Shown in pieces: positions 19,768 to 31,001 of a stretch of 64,000 nt of DNA. This stretch comes from an uncultured delta proteobacterium. Its GTDB lineage: Bacteria; Desulfobacterota; Binatia; Binatales; Binataceae. Position 1 is the first letter of the stretch. Each line of letters begins with the position of its first letter. The notes beneath the pieces were generated by a model. The model saw only the letters and a list, made by a program, of their open reading frames with translations, did no database searches and had not been told where the DNA came from. The position numbers and the translations under genes are program-made. Location of the stretch: contig CAVRVY010000001.1 of the NCBI GenBank assembly GCA_963724765.1, forward strand, positions 160,001-224,000. Reading direction: 5' to 3'.

Positions 19768-21233
19768 GGACGGCTCCGGCTGCCAGCAGATGATCGTAAT
19801 CAGATGCGCGTCCGGCTTCGACCACGTAGGCGGCGAGCGCATCGGGCACCGCGACGTTGTCGATGCGCGGTTCGGCCGCCGCGAGATCTGGTACTTTGCT
19901 GCGATGTTGTTTAATCGCCGCCTCCCAGCGCCAGGCGCACGCGATCTTCGCCGTGTTCGCAGACCGCGCCGAGCAGCCGCGCCAGCACACGCGCCGCTTC
20001 CAGTTCGCCGTGAGTTCCGCACAACAGTCCCCACAGTCCGCTCCATGGTGCGCCCAACTCGGCGATCAACTCCGGCGCGACCTGGCGCACCGCGTGAGGC
20101 TTGCGCGAAAGCTCAGGAAGATAATGCCGATAGCGAACTTGACGAGTTCCAAACCGGGCCCGTGGATGCGTCACGCTCTCGCCCATGCAGGTGATGCGGA
20201 CGTCATCCACCCCCAAGTATGCGGTCGCGTTCAAGCGCGCCCAGCGCGACGGCACCGAGTACCAAGCACCTTCGATTCTAACCATCGCGCGCGAACTGAT
20301 CTCGACCGGGATGGGCTTGCGCACCTCGAAGCTGGTGGCTGGAACCGGCAGTAATTGCGCGCGTTCCTCCGCCCATAGTTCACTTCTGGGTCTGCCGGCA
20401 TCGTGCCGAGCCGCGAACGTCGCATCGAGGTCATCGAGTAGCTGGCGCGAGATCGCGTCGAGACTATCGCCGCGTGGGATCGGCGTGAGATGCGCGAGTC
20501 GTATCGCCTTGCCGCGGCTTTCGACGCCACCCTTGTCGTGTCCTTCACCGATGCGCGCGAAGTCGGGCTCGAACAGATAGTGACTGACCAGCGCGAGGAA
20601 CCGGCCCGTGAGTTCGCGCCGTGCGCCGACGATCTTGCGCACCGCGGCCGCGAGATTATCGTAGACGCAGCGCTTCGCGACTGCGCCCAGATGTGCGAAT
20701 GCCCGCACGTGGCCGTCGAGAAAAGCTAGTTGATCGCAGCGCTCGTAGAGCCAGGCGAACTCGCGGCCCGAGTACATCAGCCGCATCAGGAACTCCCAGG
20801 CTTTGCGCCGCTCGCCGCCGACTTCGACCACCACCTCGAAGAAATCGATCTGCGCTTCGCCCGGGCGATTAATCAGCGGCACGTAAACTTCAGCGCGTTG
20901 CCGGCAGCGTTCGCGCCAGTAGTCGCCGACCAACGTCCTGCCGACTCGATAACCTTCCGTTCTCAGCTGACGATGAAGCCGCATCGCAGTGATGCGTTGC
21001 TTGCCAGTGGTGCGCGGCTCCCACTCCGCCACCAGTTCCTCGAGCCGCGGCTGCACCAATTCCCACACCGGCCGCTCGCGCGGTTGCCGAGAAGTCCTAA
21101 CCGGCTCGGGCTGATCAAGATACTTCGCGACCGTGTTGCGGCTTAACCCAAGCTCCCGCGCGACCCGCCGGATGCTCTGCCCCTCTTTCAGTACCTTGTG
21201 TCGCAGTACGTGCACCTGATCCATCTTCAGCAT
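19760..21233 (-). pseudogene. istA: IstA transposase with +1 frameshift near 19925
   Basis: HTH N-terminus, AQIDF, YDNL, KGGVE; the C-terminus (EAAIKQ...YDHLL) continues in another frame. Confidence 0.92.
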
Positions 21234-21281
21234 CCCCGTCCTCCGGCTCCTGCCGGAGTCTATGGCCGGGGTGGCTCACTT

Positions 21282-23018
21282 TTAGAGCGGTAAACGGATC
21301 AGTTCTTTAGCGGCATCTCCACAAGCCGGGAAGGGGAAGCCGAGCACCTTGTGCTGGGCCTCCCAGGCGAGCGGCAGTTCGGTCCTGTCGTTGAGCAACG
21401 ATTGAGCGGTGAGTTCCGGCGGCTGGCAACCATTTACGATCTGTTCGACGATCTCCGGAGCCAGAAATGCGAGCCGAATTACTCGGCTCACGTAGCGTTT
21501 CCCGACCTTCTCTCGCTTGGCGATTTCGACCATCGAAGCGACGCGGCCTGAGACCAGATCGTCAAACCAGCAGTGCGCGCGTGCGATCAGTTTCAGGAGC
21601 ACGGTATCGGTTCTCGGAGCAGAGTCGCCATTGACGACGAACTTCATCTCGACTCCACGCCGCCTCATTTGTAAGGGGATCCGGCGAGTGAGTTTGAGCT
21701 GAGCCGGCCCGCGAGCAACCAATTTCTGGGAAGACTCAGTGGGCAGCTTGATGGACAGCTGGATGCCATCGGGTCGTAACTCGACACGGTCAACCAGATG
21801 GTCAAGCGCCGCTGGCGCTTCGGCCTCGGCTCGAAGGCGACTGCTCCATCCGCTTGCGGCTTCAAGAATGGATTTGGTCTGGGTTGCCTCCGAGTCGGAC
21901 AGCTCGATGTCGGCCAGGATCGCAGTGCGATCATCGAGAATCATCGCGGCCGCGGTGGCGACGCTGCGCTCGAATTCGGCTGCGGGAACCCTCCAGCCTT
22001 CTTGGGACCGCTTCGCACTGTCAGTCATAAGGCAGCGCGAGACGTAGTAGCGATAGCGGCGCTTGCCTTTGACCGCGTGGCTGGGGGTGAGACGTGCTCC
22101 ACTTTCATCAAAGAGCTTGCCCGCGAGCGGGCTGCTCATCGAGCGACTCGGCTGGCCGTCGGCCCGTGCAGCGCGACTGCGCAACAGCTCCTGGGTTTCG
22201 TCCCAAATCGACCGTTCAACTATAGGGTGATGTTGGCCCGGGTATCGGGTTCCCTTGTGCCGGACCTCGCCGACATAGATTGGATTTCTCAGGAGCGTGT
22301 ACAACGCGCCACGCGCGAAGCGCATTCCCCCGGACTTGATGCCGTTCTTTGCTACCCGAAGCTTTGATCGGATTCCATCGCGATCAAGTTCCTCCCGGAG
22401 AACTCGCACGCTGCGCAGCTGACAGTACCGCTGGAAGATGTGTTTCACAGTCTCGGCCTCGGTAGAATTGACCATCACCAACTGCCGGTCGCGAATTTCG
22501 TAGCCGAGGGGAACCAGGCCGCCCATCCACATGCCCTTGCGTTTTGAGGCGGCGATCTTGTCCCGGATCCTCTCTCCGTTTACCTCGCGCTCGAACTGCG
22601 CGAACGACAACAAAACGTTGAGCGTCAGGCGGCCCATTGAGGTCGTAGTGTTGAACTGTTGGGTGACCGCGACGAAAGAAACGCTATGGCTATCAAGGAC
22701 TTCGACCATTCGGGCAAAATCTGATAGCGACCTGGTCAGCCGGTCAACCTTGTAGACGACCACCACATCGACGAGCTTTTGCCGGATGCCCTCAAGCAGG
22801 TTCTGTAGGCCAGGGCGATCCATGGTCGCGCCCGAAAGACCGCCGTCGTCGTAGTGGGTGTTGAGCAGTCGCCAGCCTTCGCCCGTCTGGCTTCTGACGA
22901 ACGCTTCGCAGGATTCTCGCTATGCGTGGAGCGAGTTGAAGTCCTGCTCCAGCCCTTCTTCCGAGGACTTGCGCGTGTATATCGCGCAGCGCAGGGTCTG
23001 CGGTTTAGCGGGCTCCAT
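21282..23018 (-). pseudogene. Large serine recombinase with in-frame TAG at codon 33
   Basis: RCAIYTRKSSEEGLEQDFNSLHA*RE, VVVYKVDRLTRS, recombinase domain, YRYY. The native stop was destroyed by the IS21 insertion. Confidence 0.93.
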
Positions 23019-23487
23019 CTTGCTGCTCCTGGTGGGAGTTGTGCAGACCGAAAAAAAGTGGCCCTGACCAGCGCGCGCCGGTGATCTCGTTGGCGACTTT
23101 TGAAAGCGATTGGAAGCGTTTTCCTCGGAACATAAATCCGTCTTTCAAGGCGGTTACCTGATGCTTGGTGCCGTGCCACTCCCGGATCAGCACCGCACCG
23201 GCTTTGACCGGGCGCTTCGGCTCGACCGCGATCGGTCGCCGCTCCCCAGCGTCGCCTGCGACGCTGCGCAGAAGGCGCCGCGTAGCGGGTTTCAAACCGC
23301 CGAAAGCTTGCTCCTGAAGGCGATAGGCCAGCGCTTGGATAAGCAAAGGGCGGCGAAGCCGGTCGGGTGGATCCGAGCCGTACACGGCCTTCCATCGAGT
23401 ATTGAGTTGCTCGGGACCAAGCGCGGTAAGGACCTCTAGCGCCGCTGCCAACCCTTTGATATCGCCTCGCTTAATCGAGTTATTCAT
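23005..23487 (-). CDS. DUF2924 domain protein
   Basis: LAYRLQEQAFGGL, LIREWHG, SLSKVANEITGARWSGPLFFGL; overlaps the recombinase start, as is typical for this module. Confidence 0.92.
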   Translation of the reverse strand: MNNSIKRGDIKGLAAALEVLTALGPEQLNTRWKAVYGSDPPDRLRRPLLIQALAYRLQEQAFGGLKPATRRLLRSVAGDAGERRPIAVEPKRPVKAGAVLIREWHGTKHQVTALKDGFMFRGKRFQSLSKVANEITGARWSGPLFFGLHNSHQEQQDGAR

Positions 23488-23945
23488 GTGGGCCGCACCT
23501 CTCCGGGTACCACACACATTGCTCGACAGCCGCCGCGCTGCGCTACTGGCATCGAAGGTCTGTGTGCGAGCGAGCTTGACGTATCAGGCGGCGCATTGTG
23601 GTAAACTCCGTTAGATGAAGTCTCGCTACGTGGTAGTAGTTGCGCTTGCGGTCGCGGCGCTTGATGCACGGCCGGCCGCAGATGCTAGGGGCTCAACCTT
23701 CCGCACGCAACACCTTCGTCAGCACGGACCAAGCCTTCGAGTTCGACTATCCCAGTTCTCTCATTTTGTGCCGACCGGACCCTCGGCAAGCCGACCTGTG
23801 GCAACCGGAGGAATCTTGCGAAGAGTACATGAGAGCGCCAGAGAGAAAATCCCTCACTGAAGCAGCCGGATAGACCGGTTGCACCGGAGTAAAAATCCGG
23901 CAGCAATAGCCCATTTGCCGTGGAACGGCAGAGGTGGGCGGAGGG

Positions 23946-25445
23946 ATGAAGCGGGTGGAACTATACGCGCAGGTTCGACGAGCGGTTTACGTGGAGGGGC
24001 TGAGTCGGCGGGAAGCAGCACGGCGCTTTGGGATCGACCCGCGGACGGTGGCGAAGATGCTGGCGTTCTCGGTGCCGCCTGGTTATCGACGGAGCCGGCC
24101 GCCGGCGCGGCCCAAGCTGGATCCGTTTGTCGGGATTATCGACCGGATCTTGGAAGAAGATAAGTTACGCCCAGCCAAGCAGCAGCACACGGCGAAACGG
24201 ATTTTCGAGCGGCTGCGCGATGAGCATGGGTATGACGGCGGGATCTCGATCGTAAGGGCTTACGTACACGAGCATCGCCAGCGGCTGCGCGAGATGTTCG
24301 TGCCACTGCACCATGATCCTGGACACGCGCAAGTCGACTTCGGTGAAGCGCTCGCGGTAATCGCAGGTGAGGAGTGCAAGATCCACTTCTTCGCGATGGA
24401 CTTGCCGCACAGCGATGCTTGTTTGGTGCAGGCCTATCCGGCGGAGAGCACCGAGGCCTTCTGCGAAGGTCACAACGTCAGCTTCGAGTTCTTTGGCGGA
24501 GTGCCGCGTTCGATCCTCTACGACAACACCAAGCTGGCGGTGGCGCGCATACTCGGAGATGGCACCCGTAAGCGCACCAAGGTCTTCAGTGAGCTGCAGT
24601 CCCACTCTCTGTTCGCCGATCGCTTCGGGCGGCCGGGCAAGGGTAACGATAAGGGCAAGGTCGAGGGGTTGGTCGGCTATGCGCGGCGCAACTTCATGGT
24701 GCCGATCCCGCGCGCACTCAGCTTCGCTGAGCTAAATGAGCAGTTGCTGGAGTGCTGCCGCCGTCGTTTGAAGGATCGGCTACGTGGTCATGATGACACC
24801 ATCGGCGAGCGGCTGGTGAAGGACCGTGAGGCTCTCCTGCCGCTGCCGCCCGCACCCTATGATGCGTGCGAAAAGAGGCCCGCCTGGGTCAGCTCGTTGT
24901 CGCTGGTGCGCTACCGCGGCAACAACTACTCAGTGCCAAGCGCATACGGTCACCGCGAGGTGCTGGTCCGAGGTTACGTCCACGAAGTTGTGATCGCCTG
25001 TGCAACCGAGGAGATCGCCCGGCACGCTCGTTCCTACGAGCGCGAGGACTTCGTGTTCAACCCACTGCACTACCTGGCCCTGCTGGAGCGGAAGATCGGC
25101 GCGCTGGACCAGGCCGCGCCGCTGGTCGGCTGGGAACTACCTGAAGAGTTCGCAACGCTGCGCCGGCTGCTCGAAGCGCGCCTGCGCAAGCCCGGTAAGC
25201 GGGAGTTCGTTCAGGTCCTGCGCTTGCTCGAGGTGTTCGGTCTCGAAGACGTGGTCGCAGGAGTTCGAGAAGCGATCGATCGCGGAGTGATTAGCTTCGA
25301 CGCGGTCAAGCATCTCGTGCTGTGCCGCATCGAACGGCGCCCACCGCGACTCGACCTGAAGATCTATCCCTATCTGCCACAGGCGACTGTGAGCACCACC
25401 TCGGCCCGATCCTACCTGAGCCTGATGGCGGGAGCAGGTTCATGA
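23946..25445 (+). CDS. istA: IstA transposase
   Basis: AQVDFGE, LYDNTK, NDKGKVE DDE motifs. Confidence 0.96.
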   Translation: MKRVELYAQVRRAVYVEGLSRREAARRFGIDPRTVAKMLAFSVPPGYRRSRPPARPKLDPFVGIIDRILEEDKLRPAKQQHTAKRIFERLRDEHGYDGGISIVRAYVHEHRQRLREMFVPLHHDPGHAQVDFGEALAVIAGEECKIHFFAMDLPHSDACLVQAYPAESTEAFCEGHNVSFEFFGGVPRSILYDNTKLAVARILGDGTRKRTKVFSELQSHSLFADRFGRPGKGNDKGKVEGLVGYARRNFMVPIPRALSFAELNEQLLECCRRRLKDRLRGHDDTIGERLVKDREALLPLPPAPYDACEKRPAWVSSLSLVRYRGNNYSVPSAYGHREVLVRGYVHEVVIACATEEIARHARSYEREDFVFNPLHYLALLERKIGALDQAAPLVGWELPEEFATLRRLLEARLRKPGKREFVQVLRLLEVFGLEDVVAGVREAIDRGVISFDAVKHLVLCRIERRPPRLDLKIYPYLPQATVSTTSARSYLSLMAGAGS

Positions 25446-26218
25446 GCGATACGCCCCAGGTTCTGCTCACCCATTACTTGAAAACACTCAGATTGCCCAC
25501 CTTTTTGCGCGAGTATGACAAGTTGGCGCGCCAATGCGCCGGCGAGGATGTCGACTATCCTCGCTACCTGTTGCGCCTGGCCGAGCTGGAGATGATCGAA
25601 CGGGAACGCCGGACCATCGAGCGGCGAATCAAGGAAGCCAGGTTCCCGGCGGTCAAAAGTCTCGATAGCTTCGAATTCGCAGCGCTCCCCTCGCTCAACA
25701 AGACGCTAGTGCTGGAACTGGCCCGCTCGGAGTATATCGCGCGCCGCGAGAACATCATCGCGGTCGGCAACAGTGGCACCGGCAAGACTCATGTGGCTCT
25801 CGGGCTAGGTCTGGCCGCCTGCCAGAAGGGTCTCGCGGTCGGCTTCACCACCGCTGCCGCTTTGGTCAACGAGCTGCATGAAGCGCATGATGAGAAGCGT
25901 CTGCTGCGCCTCCAACGTCAACTCGCCGGCTACAAGCTTCTGATCGTGGATGAACTCGGCTACGTCCCGCTCTCCCCAACTGGTGCAGAGTTACTGTTCG
26001 AAGTCTTCAGCCAGCGCTACGAGCGCGGCTCGATCATCGTTACCAGCAATCTGCCGTTCGATGAGTGGACCAGCGTGTTCGGCTCCGAGCGCTTAACCGG
26101 CGCACTGCTTGATCGTCTTACCCACCACGTTCACATCCTCGAGATGAACGGTGACAGCTTCAGGCTCAAACACAGCAAGCGCCGCATCAGTGACGATCAA
26201 CCGCGAGAATCCGGCTAA
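25442..26218 (+). CDS. istB: IstB helper ATPase
   Basis: GNSGTGKTH, LLIVDELGY, ALLDRLTHH; ATGA overlap with istA. Confidence 0.96.
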   Translation: MSDTPQVLLTHYLKTLRLPTFLREYDKLARQCAGEDVDYPRYLLRLAELEMIERERRTIERRIKEARFPAVKSLDSFEFAALPSLNKTLVLELARSEYIARRENIIAVGNSGTGKTHVALGLGLAACQKGLAVGFTTAAALVNELHEAHDEKRLLRLQRQLAGYKLLIVDELGYVPLSPTGAELLFEVFSQRYERGSIIVTSNLPFDEWTSVFGSERLTGALLDRLTHHVHILEMNGDSFRLKHSKRRISDDQPRESG

Positions 26219-27050
26219 CACCACTAACTCCAACCCACAAAGCTAGATCTTTTCGACACAGTAGCGAGGGGGTGATCCCCCTCGCGCTCCCCCTGCCAGA
26301 CGTCAACCTACCTGCCATCGGCTTATCCAAATGATGGACTTTTGCTCTGGCGCGCTGATGTACTTTCACTCCGGTGTTGACAGTACATCTGCAATGCCTC
26401 TTATAATAGCCAGGAGCCGGTCGTCGCGTGCTTGGCATATCCGGCCGCCGAATACGCTGGTTCTACCTTTGAAGGTGCCACTTTCGTGGTAAGCGTGCTG
26501 AAGGAAAAGGCAACAGAGGGCGCTTGTCTGGACAATTTACCACACGGCAACAGATCAACTGTTCACGGCGAACTAGTAAACGGCGTGACATTCAAAGTCA
26601 GCCACGATGGATGGGTAGCCATGGGGTACGTTCAAGACAACTTCATTCATCGAGCATTTAACCGGAATCAGTGCTACGAACTGGATATCAACATAAGCCA
26701 GCAAGATGGCACTGGATACGATCCCGGCGATGTTCCGAAAGGGTTCGATAAAGTGCAGTTTGACAAGGTGCACGCGCGTCTCAGGCAAATCCTTGGCTCT
26801 TTCAGATTTCTCAGATAGCTGGCGGAGATCGGCCAGAACTCACCAGATTCCCAGGGCGAGCATCGGCAAATTGTCGCAGGAAGCCGTTTCGAGCCAACTC
26901 GAACATCGCCTGGCGGCGACGCTCGGCACTTCGCCTGGGCGGCGACGAGTTTCTCCTGCTCGAGTGACCTTCTGCGTTCGATCTTCGCAGTACCCTGCAA
27001 TCTCTGGAGAGCTGAGCCTGTGGTAACAGCTGTTCCGAGGGCCTGAGGCG

Positions 27051-27127
27051 TCCCGCACACGCGGCAATTTCGTTTATCGCTGCAGAGAATCCAGAACGTT
27101 CAGGACTGGCTGGCGGAGAGGAGGGGG
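27051..27127 (-). other. Partial tRNA-Ser 3' end plus conserved downstream box (att-like), inverted relative to the tRNA
   Basis: Reverse complement CCCCCTCCTCTCCGCCA-GCCAGTC...ATTCTCTGCAG...ACGAAATTGCCGCGTGTGCGG aligns by eye with 18533-18610. Confidence 0.75.
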
Positions 27128-27534
27128 CTCGGCCTGGCGGCATGCCAGAAGGGCGGTCAGCTTCACATGGCGAGCGCGACCCGCCATCCCAAGTTCCCAC
27201 TATCCTTGGGACATCGCTCGCCAAGCTGTTGGGCGACACTGTCGATAGCCGCATAGTCCCGCAGGGCGAGTAAGGCGCGCATTTGACAATGCTTGAGCGC
27301 GGGCGCATTGTGGCGATTGCTCGCGTCCCCTCCTGACAAATCACCGGGCATCTCCGAAAAGACGGTGTTCGCGGATCGGGTGGTTTCCGCTCCGAGGAAA
27401 CCGCTCGGAACCGCATCGGATGGGAACCACCTTTGGCTGGCTGCGCGCGGCAGTTGAGCGTCGGCGACGGCGCTTGAAGGTGGCCAGAGATCTTTGTCGC
27501 CAGGCCCGCTGTGAATTTTCGAAGAGTCTTTCCC

Positions 27535-27735
27535 ATGAGTATCGCCAAGATTTTGGAAGACAGAAAGACCGACAATATGGCCGAAGTGGAGCGCCACGGG
27601 GGCGTTTGGAAGGATGGTGCTTTTCTGTTTCCGGATGGTAGCAGCGGTTCATTCAGCCGCAATGAGAGTTATCGCGACAGCAAGGGAGTCTTACGCCTTC
27701 ACACCGTCTTCGTGAGTAACTCGGTGCCCGGATAA
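27535..27735 (+). CDS. Small hypothetical protein
   Basis: Protein-like composition (GGVWKDGAFLFPDGSSG); no family recognised. Confidence 0.4.
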   Translation: MSIAKILEDRKTDNMAEVERHGGVWKDGAFLFPDGSSGSFSRNESYRDSKGVLRLHTVFVSNSVPG

Positions 27736-27837
27736 TCCCGATCGCCGCTTGGACTCCTTTTGTTAAGGTCATCGGCAGCCCTTGCGCGGAAAACCAGTAG
27801 CGGGTCAGGCCGCGAGTTGCCGAATCCAAACGTTTAG

Positions 27838-28765
27838 ATGGAGCCCGCCGAGGCGAGTTCTTTGATCAACCCGTTCAACCCGTCCTTTTGGCGTGATGCG
27901 TATTCTCATTACCCGTCTTTGCTCGCCGGGCCGCCGTGGCTGCTTCCGCTCCTTTTACCTACTGTCTTGGTGGCGCGCCACCGCGACGTCGTAAATGTTC
28001 TGCGAGACTACGAGGTATTTTCGAGCAGTTCGCGTCAACTGTCTCTTGTTGCCAAGCTGGACCCATTCGCAGGCGCTCAAACAATGCTGTTCTCGGATCC
28101 GCCCGTGCACACTCGGCTCAAGCGCTTGGTTATGCCCTACTTCAAGCCCGGGCGCATCAATCTCCTGACTCCAAGGATTCAGACTCTTACCAATCAGCTG
28201 CTCGACCACATTGAAAGGAAGGCCGAGTTCGATGCGGTAAGTGATGCTCGCTCTCGTCCTGCTGTTGCTGTTCGCCGGCGACACAACTACCAATCTGATC
28301 GCCAACGGTTTGCTCGCATTGAGCACCCACCCTGACCAGCTAAGACGCCTTGGGTTAGCTCCGGAAGTTCTGACACCGAATGCGGTAGAAGAGGTGTTGC
28401 GCTACGACAGTCCGGTCCAAATGGTAATGCGCTTCTGCACCCGAGACACTCACATTGGCGAGACGGCTGTTCCGGGCGGCGCAGTCGTGCTGGTTCTAAT
28501 CAGCGCCGCTAACCGAGACCCTGCGCAATTTCATGCCCCGGACAGCTTTGATATTGCGCGCCATCCGAATAATCACGTTGCTTTTGGCGATGGAATTCAC
28601 GCCTGTATCGGTGCCCACCTGGCCCGGCTGCAGGGCAGAATCGTACTTGGCTCGGTAGTCGAGCGCTTCCCCCGGCTTAGGCTCTCCGCGCCGGACCAGC
28701 CGCTTCACTACGATGGATATCTGTTGTCGCGAGGACTGACCTCACTAACGATGGTGATCGATTAG
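27838..28765 (+). pseudogene. Cytochrome P450 with internal deletion and frameshift near 28245
   Basis: DPPVHTRLKRL in frame 1; I-helix AGDTTT, EEVLR and heme motif FGDGIHACIG in frame 2; the middle helices are missing. Confidence 0.92.
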
Positions 28766-28823
28766 ACCATTATCATTTCGCGTGAAGGTCACGGGACATC
28801 ACAATCAATGGGAGAGACGCAGC

Positions 28824-29033
28824 GTGAAAGAAGTTAGGGTTCTCCATCGTGAAGGCCATATGACCGCTCGTGACGTGATCGATTGTGTCGGCTGCCTCGA
28901 GCGGTCTGGTATCTCCGCGCATTCGCGCAGGGAACAACCGGGATACGGCACGGTAATGGTTAACGAAGACTCCGACAAAGATCGCGCGCTTCAAATTCTT
29001 CGTGCCCAAGGCTTCGAGGTTGTGGAGGGATAG
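28824..29033 (+). CDS. Small hypothetical protein (ferredoxin-like pattern, DUF2007/ACT-like)
   Basis: GGAGAG RBS before GTG; LERSGISA...VMVNED.DKDRALQILRAQGF. Confidence 0.5.
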   Translation: MKEVRVLHREGHMTARDVIDCVGCLERSGISAHSRREQPGYGTVMVNEDSDKDRALQILRAQGFEVVEG

Positions 29034-29139
29034 GCCGGTTAACTTAGGACCCGACCGGGCCGGGAAGCGATCGTTGCGGTCAGCCGTACTGATGGTTCCA
29101 TGGCCGAGCTGGATGCCCGTTTCGTAGTTTAAGCTCCTC

Positions 29140-29263
29140 TCGTCGAACACCACGTTGGGTCCCTTGAGGCCGAGCGTAACGGTTACCGCGTCGGCGAGAA
29201 TGTTGACCCAATGAGAATCTTCTCGCGCGCATTTTGTAAAAAACGAGCTATCCTTGCGGCCAT
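29140..29263 (-). pseudogene. groEL: groEL 5' remnant
   Basis: MAARIARFLQNAREKILIG, then after a frameshift VNILADAVTVTLGLKGPNVVFD, matching the GroEL N-terminus. Confidence 0.8.
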
Positions 29264-29436
29264 ATCTCGTCAGGGAACCAGCGCGATAGCTCTCGAACCG
29301 TCGCGGGCTCTTGCGTCTGACCCTGCCTAAGCTGCTCGGCAATTTACTTCAGCTTGTCGGGGCCTATCAAAAGGGGGGCAGGAACCATTATTTCGTCGTT
29401 CATAAGCCTGTACTTGGCTTTCAGGTGCGCGCCGCT

Positions 29437-30325
29437 TCAAAGATGGGGCCGTGCTTCGACACCAGTTACGCTAAGACCGGACGGCCGTCGATTGCGGAAG
29501 TAATCCTTGGGCTTGAAGAACGAGTCCGGGTCGGACAGCACGAGCACATGCCGCAAGACCTGGTCCATATGGTCGAGTTTGATCAAGCTGACGTTCTTCA
29601 GCACCTGCTGCGGAATGTCGGAGATTTCTTTCTCGTTTTCCCCGGGGATGACGACCGTCTTGATGCCGCCGCGATGAGCCGCGAGCACCTTCTCCTTGAG
29701 GCCGCCAATCGGCAGCAGCCGCCCGCGCAGCGTGATCTCGCCCGCCATCGCCAGATCGTTGCGGATTTGCACCCGGCATAACGCCGAGACGAGCGCGGTT
29801 GCGAGCGTAATTCCTGCCGGCGGCCCATCCTTGGGGATCGCGCCTTCGGGAATATGCAGGTGGATATCGATCTTCTGGTAGAAGTTCGGCGCAAGGCCAA
29901 GCGTCGCCGCGCGTGAGCGTACGTACGAGAGTGCCGCCTGCGCGCTTTCCTGCATCACCTCGCCGAGCTGGCCGGTGATCGTAAGCTTGCCGCGGCCTGG
30001 GACGATCGTCACCTCGACCGACAGCAGCTCGCCGCCCAGCTCCGTCCACGCCAGTCCCGTCGCGACGCCGATCTGCGGCTCCGTTTCCGCGGTCCCATAG
30101 CGGAACTTAGGCGGTCCCAGGAACTTCAACAGGCTCGACGACGAGACTTTGACGTACGCGTTGCGGTCCGTCTTGACCACTTCGACCGCGACCTTCCGGC
30201 AGATCGAGGCGATCTCTCGCTCGAGGTTGCGGACGCCGGCTTCACGCGTGTAGTGGCGGATGATTCCGAGCAGCGCACCGTCGGAAAACTCGATGTTCTC
30301 CTCCTTTACGCGCCGTTGGCTTCAG
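29437..30325 (-). pseudogene. lon: Lon protease C-terminal fragment with catalytic Ser replaced by Pro
   Basis: [42 protein letters not shown] (normally DGPSAG), IGGLKEK; no N-domain or Walker motifs. Confidence 0.93.
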
Positions 30326-30420
30326 CAGCTCGCCGTGGATGCGGGGCGCACCCCACAGTGGGTTGGCGCTGTTCATCTGCCGGATCAGATCACGAATTTC
30401 GCGAACTACTGACGGCCGCC
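30320..30420 (-). pseudogene. IS481-like transposase fragment fused to lon
   Basis: [34 protein letters not shown], nearly the same as the 48732 transposase. Confidence 0.85.
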
Positions 30421-30689
30421 CAGGCCTCGAGCGCCAGCGCCAATAGAGCCGGAAGCCTTGAATGCGAGCATGCCCGTGACACTACGGCCGGGCAAAATAA
30501 ATCGCCAGACTTTTCGATGCTTTCCGAGTTTTCAGTAGGCACAAGCTTCTGCGGAGCACAAATCACCCTTCGCTCAGGCTTGAATGCATGTACCGGAGAT
30601 TAGTCCTGCGACGCAGCATTGCAACGATAAGTTGCATTAATTATGACAAGTTACGTCTCAACTGGCTTTAAATCATTTAAGAATATTTA

Positions 30690-30705
30690 TGGCATGTTTA
30701 CTGCT
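30690..30705 (+). promoter_or_regulatory. Putative sigma54 (-24/-12) promoter
   Basis: TGGCATGTTTACTGCT with exact GG-N10-GC spacing, preceded by an AT-rich tract. Confidence 0.6.
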
Positions 30706-31001
30706 CCTTAGCGTTCCGGAAAGATGAGTGAGGAACAGGTCACTTCAATGGGGATTAACCATCGCGCTACTTCGAAACAATCGCTCCAGCGCGGATTGCC
30801 CATGCGGAGCGACCGCGTCGCTGCACGTTCCCCTCTAGCCAACGCCTAAGGCAGGACTACGAACGGTGGAACTCTGGTGATCGGCCGTCTGCCGCATTTG
30901 CACAGGAATTCGTATTACGCGGCGATTTCCGAAAGACACAAGCATCAGCATCGATAAATTTGCGTTGACGATCGCCAGTTACTTGTCTGGAGAGGTCCGA
31001 A

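Larger units (their letters stand above)
18804..21321 (-). mobile_element. IS21-family element (degenerate), 5-bp target duplication CAAGC
   Basis: TG...CA ends with repeated CGCT.AA.AACTGA.CC boxes; CAAGC at 18799-18803 and 21322-21326. Confidence 0.95.
23830..26382 (+). mobile_element. IS21-family element (intact), 5-bp target duplication GTACA
   Basis: Ends TGAGAGCGCCAGAG... and ...CTCCGGTGTTGACA; GTACA at 23825-23829 and 26383-26387. Confidence 0.96.
23615..26818 (+). pseudogene. Secreted hypothetical protein split by IS21 (5' part 23615-23829, 3' part 26388-26818)
   Basis: Removing the IS and one GTACA restores the frame ...SCEEY|ICNASYNSQEPVVACLAYP...ILGSFRFLR*; an additional +1 frameshift lies near 23660. 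Confidence 0.8.

Noticed and set aside
19732-22922. In-frame TAG at apparent Gln positions in both istB (19732) and the recombinase (22920), suggesting TAG-to-Gln recoding
   Set aside because: TAG is used as a genuine stop in mbtH, the thioesterase, HPr and others. CAG-to-TAG is the commonest nonsense transition, and the same IS also has a frameshift.
26811-27662. 283-aa minus-strand ORF and overlapping ORFs
   Set aside because: Arg/Ser/Pro-rich with no motifs, and it overlaps the att-like box. Typical spurious GC-rich frames.
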